NCBI GenBank assembly: GCA_022795155.1
Contig: JAAWGF010000001.1
Location: 4,533 to 68,532 of the forward strand
Direction of reading: 5' to 3'
From: Bacilli bacterium
GTDB taxonomy: Bacteria > Bacillota_I > Bacilli_A > RF39 > UBA660
DNA: 64,000 nucleotides
Part shown: in pieces, positions 9,523 to 20,048 of the stretch
How the letters are laid out: every line of letters starts with the position of its first letter
Numbering within the stretch: the stretch's first letter is position 1
Position numbers and translations under genes: made by a program
The notes under the pieces: generated by a model
The model's database searches: none
Told to the model about the DNA's origin: nothing
The model's input: the letters and a program-made list of their open reading frames with translations, nothing else

Positions 9523-10475
9523 AGTGTGTTAGTATAATTGTTCCTGTATGGAATGTTGAACAATATTTAAGAAAGTGTTTAGATAGTTTAGTTAATCAAA
9601 CATTTAAAGATATCGAAATAGTTATTATTAATGATAGTAGTCCAGATAATAGTCAAGAAATAATTGATGAATATAAAAAAGCTTATCCAGATTTAATAAG
9701 CTGTTATATTAAAGAGAATGGCGGACAAGCTAGTGCTAGAAATTTAGGTTTAAAAAAATGTCATGGTGAATATATAACGTTTGTTGACTCTGATGATTGG
9801 GTTGATACACAAATGGTTGAAAAAATGTATAATCAAGCAATTAATACAAATTCTGATATTGTTGTTTGTGGGGCTTATAGTGTCACAAATGGGAGCATTA
9901 ATAAACTAGATATTTTTAACAGTAACAATTCTGATATTCATAAACGATATATTATCAATACACCAGGAGCATGTTGGGGACAACTAATAAAAAAAGAAAT
10001 TATAATAAATAATGATTTATATTTTTTGGAGCATCATTTTTATGAGGATATTGCTGTGATGCCAGCTTTATGTTTGTTTTCTAAAAGAATTACGTTTATG
10101 AATGAAAACTTGTATTATTATTTAGTTAGAACTGGTTCAACAATGAAACAGGTCAAATATTCACAATCATTAGAGGATATATTTGATTCGTTAGATTATT
10201 TAAGTAGTATATTTATAAAAAATAATGCTTATCAGGAATATTATCCTGAGTTAGAATATATTTATATTGATCATTTATTGCATGCTGCATCTTTAAGATT
10301 TTATACTTTTAAAAAGTTTGACCAATTGTCGAAAATTGTCGATATTATGATGCAAAAATATCCTAAATGGAGGAAGAATAAATATTATAAGGAGCATGGA
10401 ATAAAATATAAGATTATTTGTTCTTTATTTTATAAGAAAAAATATAAATTGCTTAAATGCATTTTAAAAGGGTAG
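9519..10475 (+). CDS. family 2 glycosyltransferase
   Basis: SIIVPVWNVEQYL...INDSSPDNS...VDSDDW (DxD) motifs. ATGA overlap with the upstream gene. Confidence 0.85.
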   Translation: MKCVSIIVPVWNVEQYLRKCLDSLVNQTFKDIEIVIINDSSPDNSQEIIDEYKKAYPDLISCYIKENGGQASARNLGLKKCHGEYITFVDSDDWVDTQMVEKMYNQAINTNSDIVVCGAYSVTNGSINKLDIFNSNNSDIHKRYIINTPGACWGQLIKKEIIINNDLYFLEHHFYEDIAVMPALCLFSKRITFMNENLYYYLVRTGSTMKQVKYSQSLEDIFDSLDYLSSIFIKNNAYQEYYPELEYIYIDHLLHAASLRFYTFKKFDQLSKIVDIMMQKYPKWRKNKYYKEHGIKYKIICSLFYKKKYKLLKCILKG

Positions 10476-10483
10476 TGATTATA

Positions 10484-11653
10484 TTGAAAAAAAATATTTT
10501 ATTTGTAGTTGATGAAAGAAAAATGGGTGGCGTATCCGTCTTGTTTGAGGATATGATGACATTGCTTGATATTACAAATTATAATATTGATCTTTTGATT
10601 CTTCATAATAATGGAGATAGTTTACAAAATTTGCCTGAATCGATTAATGTTATTTATGGTACACCTTATTTTGAAGCTATTGATTATACAATGAAAGATG
10701 TTATAAAGAAAAAAAATATAAATTTGCTTTTCAAAAAAATAAGAGTTGTTTTAGATATGAAAACTGGTAGAATTGAAAAGGTAATAAAAAAAGAAAGAAA
10801 AAAAATATTGCAAAAACAATATGATACAGAAATTGCGTTTAAAGATGGTTTTACAGCTTTATTTACAATTTTTGGTGATAGTAAAAAGAAAATTCATTGG
10901 TTACAATATGAGTATAAAAAAACTAATCCTAACCAAAAATATGATAAGTTGTTTAAAAGAATCCTACCGCAATTTAATCAAATCATAGCTGTTTCTGATA
11001 ATGTAAAAAAATGTTTTAACGAAGTCTATAATTTAGGTGATAGGGTTAGTGTTATTTATAATGTAATAAATTATGATAAAATCTTAAAGAAAGCTAATGG
11101 AGAGTCTGATTTAGTTTTAGATAGCAAAAATATTAATATAGTATCAGTTGGTAGACTTCATCAAGCTAAAGGCTATGATCGATTAATTAATGTTATAGCT
11201 AAATTGAGGAATTTTAATGAAGAGTTAACTCGTAATTTAAAAATATATATATATGGTGATGGCCCTTTATTTTTTGAATTAAAAAAATTAATTGATGATT
11301 TAAAGCTTAATGAAACTATTATATTGGTTGGTCAGGTTACTAATCCTTATAAATATATTAAAAAATTTGATTTATTTGTTTTACCATCAAATTTTGAGGC
11401 GTTTGGTCTTGTAATCATTGAAGCAATGACTTTAAAAATTCCTGTCTTAGCAACCGAAACTTCGGTTACTAATAAATTGATTAATAATAATGTTAATGGT
11501 TTAGTTGTTGAAAATAGTGTTGATGGTATTTATAATGGATTAAAAAAAATAATTGAAAATAGAGAATTAATTGCAGAATATAAGAATAATTTAGCTGATT
11601 ATTTTTATGATAATAATGAGCAATTAGAAAAAATTAAACAGATTTTAGATTAG
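10484..11653 (+). CDS. family 4 (GT-B) glycosyltransferase
   Basis: EAFGLVIIEAM (EX7E) motif. I prefer TTG 10484 (MKKNILFVVD, with AAAGGG RBS) to the overlapping ATG at 10457 in the track. Confidence 0.75.
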   Translation: MKKNILFVVDERKMGGVSVLFEDMMTLLDITNYNIDLLILHNNGDSLQNLPESINVIYGTPYFEAIDYTMKDVIKKKNINLLFKKIRVVLDMKTGRIEKVIKKERKKILQKQYDTEIAFKDGFTALFTIFGDSKKKIHWLQYEYKKTNPNQKYDKLFKRILPQFNQIIAVSDNVKKCFNEVYNLGDRVSVIYNVINYDKILKKANGESDLVLDSKNINIVSVGRLHQAKGYDRLINVIAKLRNFNEELTRNLKIYIYGDGPLFFELKKLIDDLKLNETIILVGQVTNPYKYIKKFDLFVLPSNFEAFGLVIIEAMTLKIPVLATETSVTNKLINNNVNGLVVENSVDGIYNGLKKIIENRELIAEYKNNLADYFYDNNEQLEKIKQILD

Positions 11654-11661
11654 GTGATATA

Positions 11662-13206
11662 GTGCAGAAGTTATTTACTAAAGAATTAATTATAAAATTG
11701 ACCTTTATTTTTTTAGTTATACAACCATTATTAGATATTAAAGTGTTGTATGATTTTGAAATTTTTGGTGTTACAATTCCAACTATTATTAGATTATGTT
11801 TTTTTGCTGTCTTATTTTTATTATTTATTTTTAATAAAAGAAAATTAAAGATACCTATTATATATTTTATTTTATTTTGTATATATACAGCTTTACATTT
11901 ATTAAATGCTTCAAATAACTATACTAATATTTTAGGTAAGTATTCTATTGTTAGTGAGATAATTTATTTAATTAGATTAGTGATTCCAATGATGTTTATT
12001 TTATTTAGCTATAATTATCATTTTGAATTTAAAAAAATTAGCAAATTATTTTTTATTGTAGCACTTATTTTTTCTAGTATTATAATTATTACTAATATTT
12101 TTAATATCTCATATGCAAGCTATTCGCAATCGGATGGTATAGTAGGGAATTTTTTGAATTGGCCATTTTTATCAAAAAGTGATATTGGTTATTATGATTT
12201 AGCGACAAAGGGACTTTTTGGTTATGCGAATCCATTATCTGGCTTGATGTGTTTGATTTTGCCAATCTTATTATATAGTTTTTATAAAAAAATTGATTTA
12301 AAAAAGTTTGCGATTATATATAGTTTACTTCTTTCGATGCTTATATTAGGCACAAGAATTTCTTCTTATATGCCAATTATTATTTTGCTTCTTATGTTAA
12401 TTGTTTATATTATTTTATGTAAAGGGTTTAAAACAGAGGTATTTAATTCTAAATGCCTAATTTATAATATTGCTTTTATATTATTATTAATGCCATTCTT
12501 TATTAATGCCCCAGTAACTTTTTCTTCAGATCGTAGTATGTCTGATGATAATAGTGAATATGTTCTTGAAAATAAACTTTTAAATCAAGTCCAAACTTAT
12601 AAAGAGTCTTTGGGAAATGATTTGACAGATATTAAAAAGCAAGAAATCGGGGATTTTATTAAAGAAAATTATAAATACTTTTCTATTAATACAGGATTAG
12701 CCCCTGACAAATATTTATATGATGATTATTTAGATTTTTGGTTAGACTATTTTATTGTTTCATATGAAAATAAAAATGATACACGGGATTTTGAATATTA
12801 TTTATATAAACATGTTTATGAGCATAATAATAATCGCTATGATAAGTTTGTAGGTTATGGATATTCACAAAATTTTAATGATGAAATTGTTTTAGAGCGT
12901 GATGGTATTTATCATTTTTATACTTTGGGTATTTTTGGTTTAATTTTATTTGTAGTTCCATATTTCTTTGTATTAATATATTCTGGCTTTAAAATTTTAA
13001 CTGATGTTAAGAATAAAATGAATTTACAAAATGTTACTTATACATTTGTAATCGCGCTTCTTTTGGCTATTGCGATTATTAGTGGTAATCAATTTGATTT
13101 CTTCATTGTCAATATCTTTTTAAGCTTTATATGTGGTCAGTTACTGTACAATGTAAAAAATATAAAAGAAAATGAAAATTTAGGTGAAGTAGATGAAAAA
13201 GAATAA
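11662..13206 (+). CDS. polytopic membrane protein, O-antigen polymerase/ligase-like (Wzy/WaaL family)
   Basis: 514 aa with more than 10 TM segments and one large extracytoplasmic loop. It sits inside a Wzx-type cluster. Confidence 0.6.
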   Translation: MQKLFTKELIIKLTFIFLVIQPLLDIKVLYDFEIFGVTIPTIIRLCFFAVLFLLFIFNKRKLKIPIIYFILFCIYTALHLLNASNNYTNILGKYSIVSEIIYLIRLVIPMMFILFSYNYHFEFKKISKLFFIVALIFSSIIIITNIFNISYASYSQSDGIVGNFLNWPFLSKSDIGYYDLATKGLFGYANPLSGLMCLILPILLYSFYKKIDLKKFAIIYSLLLSMLILGTRISSYMPIIILLLMLIVYIILCKGFKTEVFNSKCLIYNIAFILLLMPFFINAPVTFSSDRSMSDDNSEYVLENKLLNQVQTYKESLGNDLTDIKKQEIGDFIKENYKYFSINTGLAPDKYLYDDYLDFWLDYFIVSYENKNDTRDFEYYLYKHVYEHNNNRYDKFVGYGYSQNFNDEIVLERDGIYHFYTLGIFGLILFVVPYFFVLIYSGFKILTDVKNKMNLQNVTYTFVIALLLAIAIISGNQFDFFIVNIFLSFICGQLLYNVKNIKENENLGEVDEKE

Positions 13207-14170
13207 TAAAATATTGGTGAGTGTTATTGTACCAGTTTATAATGTTCAAGATTATATTGAAAAATGTTTAGATAGTTTAATTAATCAAACATTAGAACAA
13301 TTAGAAGTAATTGTTATAGATGATGGCTCAACTGATAAAACAGGTTTAATTGTTGATGAATATCAAAATAAATATAAATCTAAGATTAAAGTTATTCATA
13401 AAAAAAACGAAGGTGTCTCTATTGCTAGAAATGTTGGGTTAGAAAAAGCAACTGGTGAATATATTGGTTTTTTGGATAGTGATGATTGGGTTAATTATGA
13501 TATGTATGAAAAATTATATAAATTAGCTATTAAAGATAATTGTGATATTGTGGCTTGCGATACTTTAGCTATTTATCCAGATAAAAAGGTTTTAATTGAA
13601 TCACATATTAATGAAACATCAACAACTGAAGATTTAATGCTTAATGCTTATGCAGTAATTTGGAATAAAATATATAAAAGAGAAATTATTGATAGAATAA
13701 AATTTAAGGAAAAAATGAATTTTTGTGAAGATGTTCAATTTTTATATATGGTTTATCCAAAAATAAAAAAAATAGGAGTTATTCATGAAACCTTACATAA
13801 TTATTTGCAAAGAGTAGGTTCTTTAACATATACATACAATGAAAAATTATATCAGTTGATAGATAGTTTAGATGATATTGTTAATTATTATAAAGAGCAA
13901 GGTTTTTATCAAAAATATTATGCTGAACTTGAATATTCATATGTACGTTATTTATATGCAACTTTTATAAAAAGATTAGCTAAAACAAAAAATAAAGTAG
14001 AGTTTGATAGAGGAGTAAATTTTGTTTTAGATAAAGTTAATAATAATTTTCCTAATTATAAAAAGAATAAGTATATAAAAAAAATAAATGGTAAAAGTCT
14101 TTATTTAAAGTATTTTAATAAATTTTTGGCTAAAATGGTTTTTAATTTTGAAAAAAATAGATTAAATTGA
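13193..14170 (+). CDS. family 2 glycosyltransferase (paralogue of 9519..10475)
   Basis: SVIVPVYNVQDYI...IDDGSTDKT...LDSDDW motifs. Confidence 0.85.
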   Translation: MKKNNKILVSVIVPVYNVQDYIEKCLDSLINQTLEQLEVIVIDDGSTDKTGLIVDEYQNKYKSKIKVIHKKNEGVSIARNVGLEKATGEYIGFLDSDDWVNYDMYEKLYKLAIKDNCDIVACDTLAIYPDKKVLIESHINETSTTEDLMLNAYAVIWNKIYKREIIDRIKFKEKMNFCEDVQFLYMVYPKIKKIGVIHETLHNYLQRVGSLTYTYNEKLYQLIDSLDDIVNYYKEQGFYQKYYAELEYSYVRYLYATFIKRLAKTKNKVEFDRGVNFVLDKVNNNFPNYKKNKYIKKINGKSLYLKYFNKFLAKMVFNFEKNRLN

Positions 14171-14244
14171 ATCCAAAGCGATTCTTTTTTTTGATTAGGT
14201 TGCGGGTAAAGTTATCGTATGTTATAATTTTTATGGTGGTAGTT

Positions 14245-15297
14245 ATGAAAAAACGTAATGTTAATTTAGACTTAATTAGATTTGTCGCAATTTTAAGCGT
14301 TATATCTGTACATTTTATTAGAAATATTGGTTTTTATGGTGTTAATATTACTGGTTTTAAATTATCAATTACAGCTTTTTTTAGAACTTTATTTATGATA
14401 TGTGTTCCTTTATTTTTGTTATTAACTGGTTATTTAATGAATAAGAAGGAATTATCTAAGAAATATTACCTTAGTATTTTTAGAATTATTTTTGTTTTTA
14501 TAGTTGCTAAAGCAATTTATTTATTGGTTGATCATTTTTATTTTCATAATATAGATGGTTTTGTAACTGTTTTAAGACACATTTTTAGCTATAGTAATGT
14601 AACTTATTATGACGATTATTCTTGGTATGTAAATATGTATTTTGGTCTATTTTTACTTATTCCATTTCTTAATTTAATCTATAATAATTTAAAAACAAAA
14701 AAACAGAAACAAATTTTAATTTTAACTTTATTATTTTTAACTTCTGTATCAGCTTTAAATATTAAGAATATTACCTTTATTCCAGATTGGTGGGGTGGTG
14801 TTTATCCATTAACATATTATTTTATTGGCACTTATATTAAAGAGTATGGTTTTAATTTAAAAAAATCTTATTCACTTTTATTACTTATTTCCATTACTTT
14901 AATCAGTACAATATTTTATTTAGCTTTAAGTTATAATAAACTTTTTATAACAAGGGAATTTAATGATTATAGAGGTCCAGGTACTTTTATTATTTCTATT
15001 CTGGCATTTGGCTTTCTTCTTAATTTAAATCTTTCAAAAATTCCATCTAAAATTCAAAATTTTATAACAAAAGTTTCAGAATTATCTTTTGGTATGTATT
15101 TGTTCTCATATATTGTTGATAAAGTTGTTTATGATAAACTTAATACAATTGTTTTAGATATAAATGATCGCTTTATTTATGGATTTTTAATTATTCCTTT
15201 AGTATTTTTATTATCTTTAATTTTATCATTAATTGTTAACAGTATTTATAGTAAATTTATTCATCTTAAATTAGAATCCAAATTTAATAATGAATAA
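14245..15297 (+). CDS. acyltransferase family 3 (O-acetyltransferase) membrane protein
   Basis: The NLDLIRFVAILSVISVHF start is typical of AT3 proteins, and the protein is polytopic. ATG 14245 is preferred over the upstream ATG at 14167. Confidence 0.8.
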   Translation: MKKRNVNLDLIRFVAILSVISVHFIRNIGFYGVNITGFKLSITAFFRTLFMICVPLFLLLTGYLMNKKELSKKYYLSIFRIIFVFIVAKAIYLLVDHFYFHNIDGFVTVLRHIFSYSNVTYYDDYSWYVNMYFGLFLLIPFLNLIYNNLKTKKQKQILILTLLFLTSVSALNIKNITFIPDWWGGVYPLTYYFIGTYIKEYGFNLKKSYSLLLLISITLISTIFYLALSYNKLFITREFNDYRGPGTFIISILAFGFLLNLNLSKIPSKIQNFITKVSELSFGMYLFSYIVDKVVYDKLNTIVLDINDRFIYGFLIIPLVFLLSLILSLIVNSIYSKFIHLKLESKFNNE

Positions 15298-15368
15298 TAT
15301 TTTTTGTAAATATTTACTAAGTTTTAAATATATTGTATAATTATGGTGAATGTTAGGTTGGTGATAAG

Positions 15369-16478
15369 ATGAAAAAAATTACTTTTCTTACATTACATTT
15401 AGGTTATGGTGGAGTAGAAAGTGCTGTAACGGCATTAGCAAATAGCCTAAGTTCAAACTATAAGGTTGAAATTATATCTGTTTATAAAAGATATGAAGCC
15501 CCTATCTTTAAATTAAATAAGAATGTTATAGTAAAGTATTTAATAGAACATCCTGATATCAAAAGTAGTGGAAAGAATATATTTAATAATATTAGAGCTT
15601 TTTGTTTAAAAGGAAAAGAGAGGTTATTAGAAACTAAATTAGTTAAAAAATTTATTGCTAATTGTGATAGTGATGTTATTATTTCGACAAATATAAGATA
15701 TAATGTATTAATAGGTAAATATCTTAGCAACAATATTTTGAAGATAGGCTGGGAACATAGTTATCATAATAATGATAAAAAATATATAAATAAAGTTTTA
15801 CAATCAACTAATAATTTAGATTACTTTGTTTTAGTTTCCAACGTTTTGTATAAATTTTATTCGGGCTTTTTAGCTAATTCATCTTGTAAATGTCTTTTTA
15901 TACCGAATGCTCTTGAATATATACCAGAGTCATGTTCTAGTTCAACCGATAAAAATATAATTAGTATAGGTAAGTTATCAAAAGAAAAAAGCTATGTTGA
16001 TTTAGTTGAGGTTTTTAAGTATGTAAGTTTGAAATATCCTGATTGGAAATTAAATATTATTGGCGATGGTCCAGAAAGAAAGTCAATTGAAGAACAAATC
16101 GCCAAATATAAATTAGAAAACAACGTTATATTACATGGTTTTAGAGATAAAAGATATATAAAAAAAATGTTTGAGCATTCGTCTATTTATGTTATGAGTT
16201 CTGTATCTGAGGCCTTTGGTATTGTCATTTTAGAAGCATTTTCTTATGGTATACCTTGTGTAGCTTTTGATAGTGCTTTAGGAGCTAAAGAATTGATTAG
16301 TAATAATTGGGATGGTTATTTAATAAGTGATTTAGATAAAGAAAAGATGACTAAAAAAATTATTGATTTAATTAAAAATGAAAACAGACGAATTATTATG
16401 GGGAATAATGCCCGAAAAAAAAGTTTAAAATATACATCAGAAGTTATTAAAGATGAATGGCTTAAGATTTTGAATTAA
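15369..16478 (+). CDS. family 4 (GT-B) glycosyltransferase
   Basis: GGVESAV N-terminal motif and SEAFGIVILEAF EX7E motif. Confidence 0.85.
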   Translation: MKKITFLTLHLGYGGVESAVTALANSLSSNYKVEIISVYKRYEAPIFKLNKNVIVKYLIEHPDIKSSGKNIFNNIRAFCLKGKERLLETKLVKKFIANCDSDVIISTNIRYNVLIGKYLSNNILKIGWEHSYHNNDKKYINKVLQSTNNLDYFVLVSNVLYKFYSGFLANSSCKCLFIPNALEYIPESCSSSTDKNIISIGKLSKEKSYVDLVEVFKYVSLKYPDWKLNIIGDGPERKSIEEQIAKYKLENNVILHGFRDKRYIKKMFEHSSIYVMSSVSEAFGIVILEAFSYGIPCVAFDSALGAKELISNNWDGYLISDLDKEKMTKKIIDLIKNENRRIIMGNNARKKSLKYTSEVIKDEWLKILN

Positions 16479-16494
16479 AAGGAGGTATTAGTTA

Positions 16495-16974
16495 ATGAAA
16501 AAAGTTTTGTTTATAGCTAGTACAGGTGGACATCTTAGTGAATTATTACAATTAAGTCCTATTTTTAAAAATTATGACTATACAATAATCACTGAAAAGA
16601 CGAAAAGTAATATGGGGCTTAGTCAGAAACATCCTAATCGTGTTTATTATTTGATTGCTGGAACATATACCACTTTTAGCGCTAAGATAGTTTATCCATT
16701 TAAATTTATAGCTAATTGTTTTAAATCCCTATATTTTTTCTTAAAAGTAAAGCCTGATGTTGTAATAACTACTGGTGCTCATAATACTGTTCCAATGTGT
16801 TATATAGCGCATTTGTTTAAGAAAAAAGTAATTTTTATAGAAACTTTTGCTAATAGTAGTGGCAAAACAAAATCGGGGAAATTAGTTTATCCAATTGCTG
16901 ATAAGTTTATTGTTCAATGGGAAAGTATGCTGGAGTTTTATCCAAATGCTATATACGGTGGTTGGATTTATTAA
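16495..16974 (+). CDS. Alg14-like / PssD-Cps14F-type glycosyltransferase membrane-anchor subunit
   Basis: 159 aa starting MKKVLFIASTGGHLSELLQL. It is paired with an Alg13-like gene immediately downstream. Confidence 0.75.
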   Translation: MKKVLFIASTGGHLSELLQLSPIFKNYDYTIITEKTKSNMGLSQKHPNRVYYLIAGTYTTFSAKIVYPFKFIANCFKSLYFFLKVKPDVVITTGAHNTVPMCYIAHLFKKKVIFIETFANSSGKTKSGKLVYPIADKFIVQWESMLEFYPNAIYGGWIY

Positions 16975-17001
16975 AAATATATATTGTTAGGAGGAGTAGT
17001 A

Positions 17002-17481
17002 ATGATCCTTGTTACATTAGGAACGCAAGATAAGTCGTTCACTCGTTTGCTTGAAGCAATTCAAAAACAAATTAATTTAGGTAATATTAAGGAACGTGTT
17101 GTTGTTCAAGCTGGTTGCACTAAATTTGATTCCAATAATATGGAAATGTTTGATTTAATTCCTATGGATGATTTTGATAAGTTAATAGAGGAATGTGATT
17201 TATTGATTACGCATGGTGGTGTAGGTAGTATTATCGCTGGTTTAAACAGGGGTAAGAAAGTTATTGCTGCTGCTAGATTAAAAAAATATAAAGAGCATGT
17301 TAATGATCATCAATTACAAATAATTGATAATTTTTCTAAGAAAGGATATATATTAAAATTAGATAATTTTGAAAAATTAGATGAATTATTAAAAGAGGTA
17401 GTTAATTTTAAACCTAATAAATATAAAAGTAATGCTGATAATTTTAGAGAAATGATTGTCCAATTGATTGATAATATGTAG
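17002..17481 (+). CDS. Alg13-like / PssE-Cps14G-type glycosyltransferase catalytic subunit (GT28 C-terminal domain)
   Basis: MILVTLGTQ...ITHGGVGSI motifs. ATG 17002 lies 7 nt after AGGAGG. Confidence 0.75.
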   Translation: MILVTLGTQDKSFTRLLEAIQKQINLGNIKERVVVQAGCTKFDSNNMEMFDLIPMDDFDKLIEECDLLITHGGVGSIIAGLNRGKKVIAAARLKKYKEHVNDHQLQIIDNFSKKGYILKLDNFEKLDELLKEVVNFKPNKYKSNADNFREMIVQLIDNM

Positions 17482-17489
17482 GAATATGT

Positions 17490-18971
17490 ATGAAAAAAGT
17501 AAATAAACATATTGTAGTTTTAAGTTTAATTTTTTGTTTCTTTTTTATTATAGGTATTTTAATACCTTATACAGGTGATGATTGGAATAATTTGCTTGGA
17601 CATAATGGAAATATATCAATTATGATAAAGACAGCTATTGATAATTTTAATACATTTGAAGGACGATTTTTTAGTCGCATATTTGATTTTATTTTTAATT
17701 ATTATCGAATATTATGGGTGTTTGTAAATGCTTTTGGTATGACTTTCTTATATCATTTTATGCATAAGATGATTTCAAGTAAAAAGAGTTTTATTTCTGT
17801 TTTAATTATTGAAGCATTATTATTGGTTGATAAAGAGACTTTTTCACAAATATATGTCTGGATTACAGGTAATACAACTTATTTTATTCCCTTTATTTTT
17901 ATGATATTTTTAATTTATATGAATAGAGATATATTTGATAATAATAGTGATGGTAAAATTAATATTGTATTAAAAATTTTTCTACCTTTTTTAAGTTTTA
18001 TTTTTAGTATGTTTGTTGAAAATGTAAGTATTGGTATTATTATTTCATGTTTACTTATAATTATTTATCGTTATATAAGGTATAAAAAGGTTGATTATTT
18101 GATGATTGCAACAATGTTTTTTTCAACTATTGGACTAATCATTATGTTGAGTAGTCCAGGAACAAGAAATCGAATTGACGATATGCCAGAATTTTCTAAT
18201 TTAGACTTAATTTCAAAACTTTTTATTACTATTCCGCGACAATTAAATTATGTTTTTGTCAAAAATAGTTTTTTACTTTTTCTATTATTAGTTGTAATAA
18301 ATTATTATATATTGAAAAATTTTAAGTCTTTAAAAAGATTATTATTATTAATTTTTATGAATTTAATACCAATTATAACACTAGTTCAAAATCAGTATTA
18401 TAATGTTTTTGGTCATGGTATTAAATATATAGCTGTTTTACTAGACTGCAGTAATCTTTTTGTCTTTTCATATTGGTTATTATTTCTAATCATATGTATA
18501 TATTTAGTTATTAAATTTAATAAAACGAATAATCATAAAGTGTTATTTTTCTTTATTATAGCGGTAATAAATCATTTAGCGATGTTAATTTCTCCACTGG
18601 CTGGAGGAAGAACTTCATTTTTATCTACTATAATGTTGTATATTTGTGTTATAATCTTATTGGATGGCTTACAACTTAATTTATTAGATAATAAAAAATT
18701 TATCAGATTTAATATTATCTGTTGTGTCATGTTATCAATAATTTTTATTTCATATTATTCTTTTTGTCATATATTAGATAGCAAAAGACAAAACTATATA
18801 GACGAGCAAGTATCATTAGACAAGGAAGAAATTGAAGTAATAATGTTACCAGAATTTTATTTATGGAATGCAAATCCGTGGAATGATTGGCATTTATATA
18901 CTTTTAAAATGTATTATAAAATACCAGATAATACTCAGATAAAATTAATAAAATTCAATTTTAAAAAATGA
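17490..18971 (+). CDS. polytopic membrane protein, probable GT-C-type glycosyltransferase
   Basis: 493 aa with more than 10 TM segments and an acidic first-loop motif YTGDDWNNL. It lies directly upstream of a GtrB/CsbB-like GT2 gene. Confidence 0.5.
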   Translation: MKKVNKHIVVLSLIFCFFFIIGILIPYTGDDWNNLLGHNGNISIMIKTAIDNFNTFEGRFFSRIFDFIFNYYRILWVFVNAFGMTFLYHFMHKMISSKKSFISVLIIEALLLVDKETFSQIYVWITGNTTYFIPFIFMIFLIYMNRDIFDNNSDGKINIVLKIFLPFLSFIFSMFVENVSIGIIISCLLIIIYRYIRYKKVDYLMIATMFFSTIGLIIMLSSPGTRNRIDDMPEFSNLDLISKLFITIPRQLNYVFVKNSFLLFLLLVVINYYILKNFKSLKRLLLLIFMNLIPIITLVQNQYYNVFGHGIKYIAVLLDCSNLFVFSYWLLFLIICIYLVIKFNKTNNHKVLFFFIIAVINHLAMLISPLAGGRTSFLSTIMLYICVIILLDGLQLNLLDNKKFIRFNIICCVMLSIIFISYYSFCHILDSKRQNYIDEQVSLDKEEIEVIMLPEFYLWNANPWNDWHLYTFKMYYKIPDNTQIKLIKFNFKK

Positions 18972-19014
18972 AATATAATAAATTATAATAAGTCAATATT
19001 AGGGGGAATGTAAG

Positions 19015-19959
19015 ATGAAATTATCTATTGTAATACCATGTTATAATGAAGAAAAAAATGTTGAATTAATTCATGATGCTGTTGTTAAATTATTTTATAG
19101 TAAGAAAATTTCTTATGAGATGATTTTTGTTAATGATGGTTCGCGCGATAATACTATTGGCGAATTAAAAAAATTGGTTGATAAAAATGAAGCAAATATT
19201 AAAGTTGTCAATTTTTCTAGAAATTTTGGTAAAGAAGCGGCTATGTATGCTGGGCTTAAAGAATCAAAAGGGGATTATGTTTCAATAATTGATGCTGATA
19301 TGCAACAAAATCCGTCTTTACTTTTAAAGATGCTAGGTATTTTAGAAGAAAATGAAAACTATGATAGTGTAGCAGCTTATCCAGAAAAAAGAAAAGAGAG
19401 CAAAGTTTTAGTTTTCTTTAAAAAAATATTTTATAAATTAATAAATAAAATTGTTGAAATTGAATTTGTTGATGGTGCAAGTGATTTTAGAATGTTTAAA
19501 AGGCCAATGGTTGATGCAATCTTAAGTATGCAAGAGTACTGCCGTTTTTCTAAAGGAATATTTAGTTGGGTAGGTTTTAATACTTATTATATGCCATATC
19601 AGGTTAGTGAAAGGGTTAATGGGACAAGTAAATGGTCATTTTGGAAATTGTTTAAATATGCGATTGATGGTATTGTCTCTTTTACTACAGCGCCACTTAG
19701 AATGGCAACAATTTTAGGATTATTTATTTCTTTTGGTTCTTTTGTATATTTTCTTATTGTTATTATTCAAACCGTGATTTGTGGCATTGATGTTCCAGGT
19801 TATGCATCTTTAATTGGTATTTCATTATTACTAGGTGGAATTCAACTATTATCTTTAGGTATTATAGGAGAGTATTTGGCACGTAATTATATGGAAAATA
19901 AAAAAAGACCAATATATATAGCAAGAGAGGTTTTAGAAACTAAAAAGGCAAAAAAGTAA
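19015..19959 (+). CDS. GtrB/CsbB-like polyprenyl-phosphate sugar synthase (GT2 with two C-terminal TM segments)
   Basis: LSIVIPCYNEEKNV...VNDGSRDNT...IDADMQ motifs plus a C-terminal TM pair. Confidence 0.85.
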   Translation: MKLSIVIPCYNEEKNVELIHDAVVKLFYSKKISYEMIFVNDGSRDNTIGELKKLVDKNEANIKVVNFSRNFGKEAAMYAGLKESKGDYVSIIDADMQQNPSLLLKMLGILEENENYDSVAAYPEKRKESKVLVFFKKIFYKLINKIVEIEFVDGASDFRMFKRPMVDAILSMQEYCRFSKGIFSWVGFNTYYMPYQVSERVNGTSKWSFWKLFKYAIDGIVSFTTAPLRMATILGLFISFGSFVYFLIVIIQTVICGIDVPGYASLIGISLLLGGIQLLSLGIIGEYLARNYMENKKRPIYIAREVLETKKAKK

Positions 19960-20013
19960 TTAATGTCAAATTTAACTAAGTATTTCATATAATATTATGA
20001 AGTAATGGTTAAT

Positions 20014-20042
20014 TTGACTTTTTTTCTTTTTTATGTTATTAT
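20014..20042 (+). promoter_or_regulatory. sigma-A type promoter (TTGACT-17-TATTAT) driving the noncoding unit
   Basis: TTGACT at 20014-20019 and TATTAT at 20037-20042, with exact 17-nt spacing. Confidence 0.6.
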
Positions 20043-20048
20043 TTCGTT

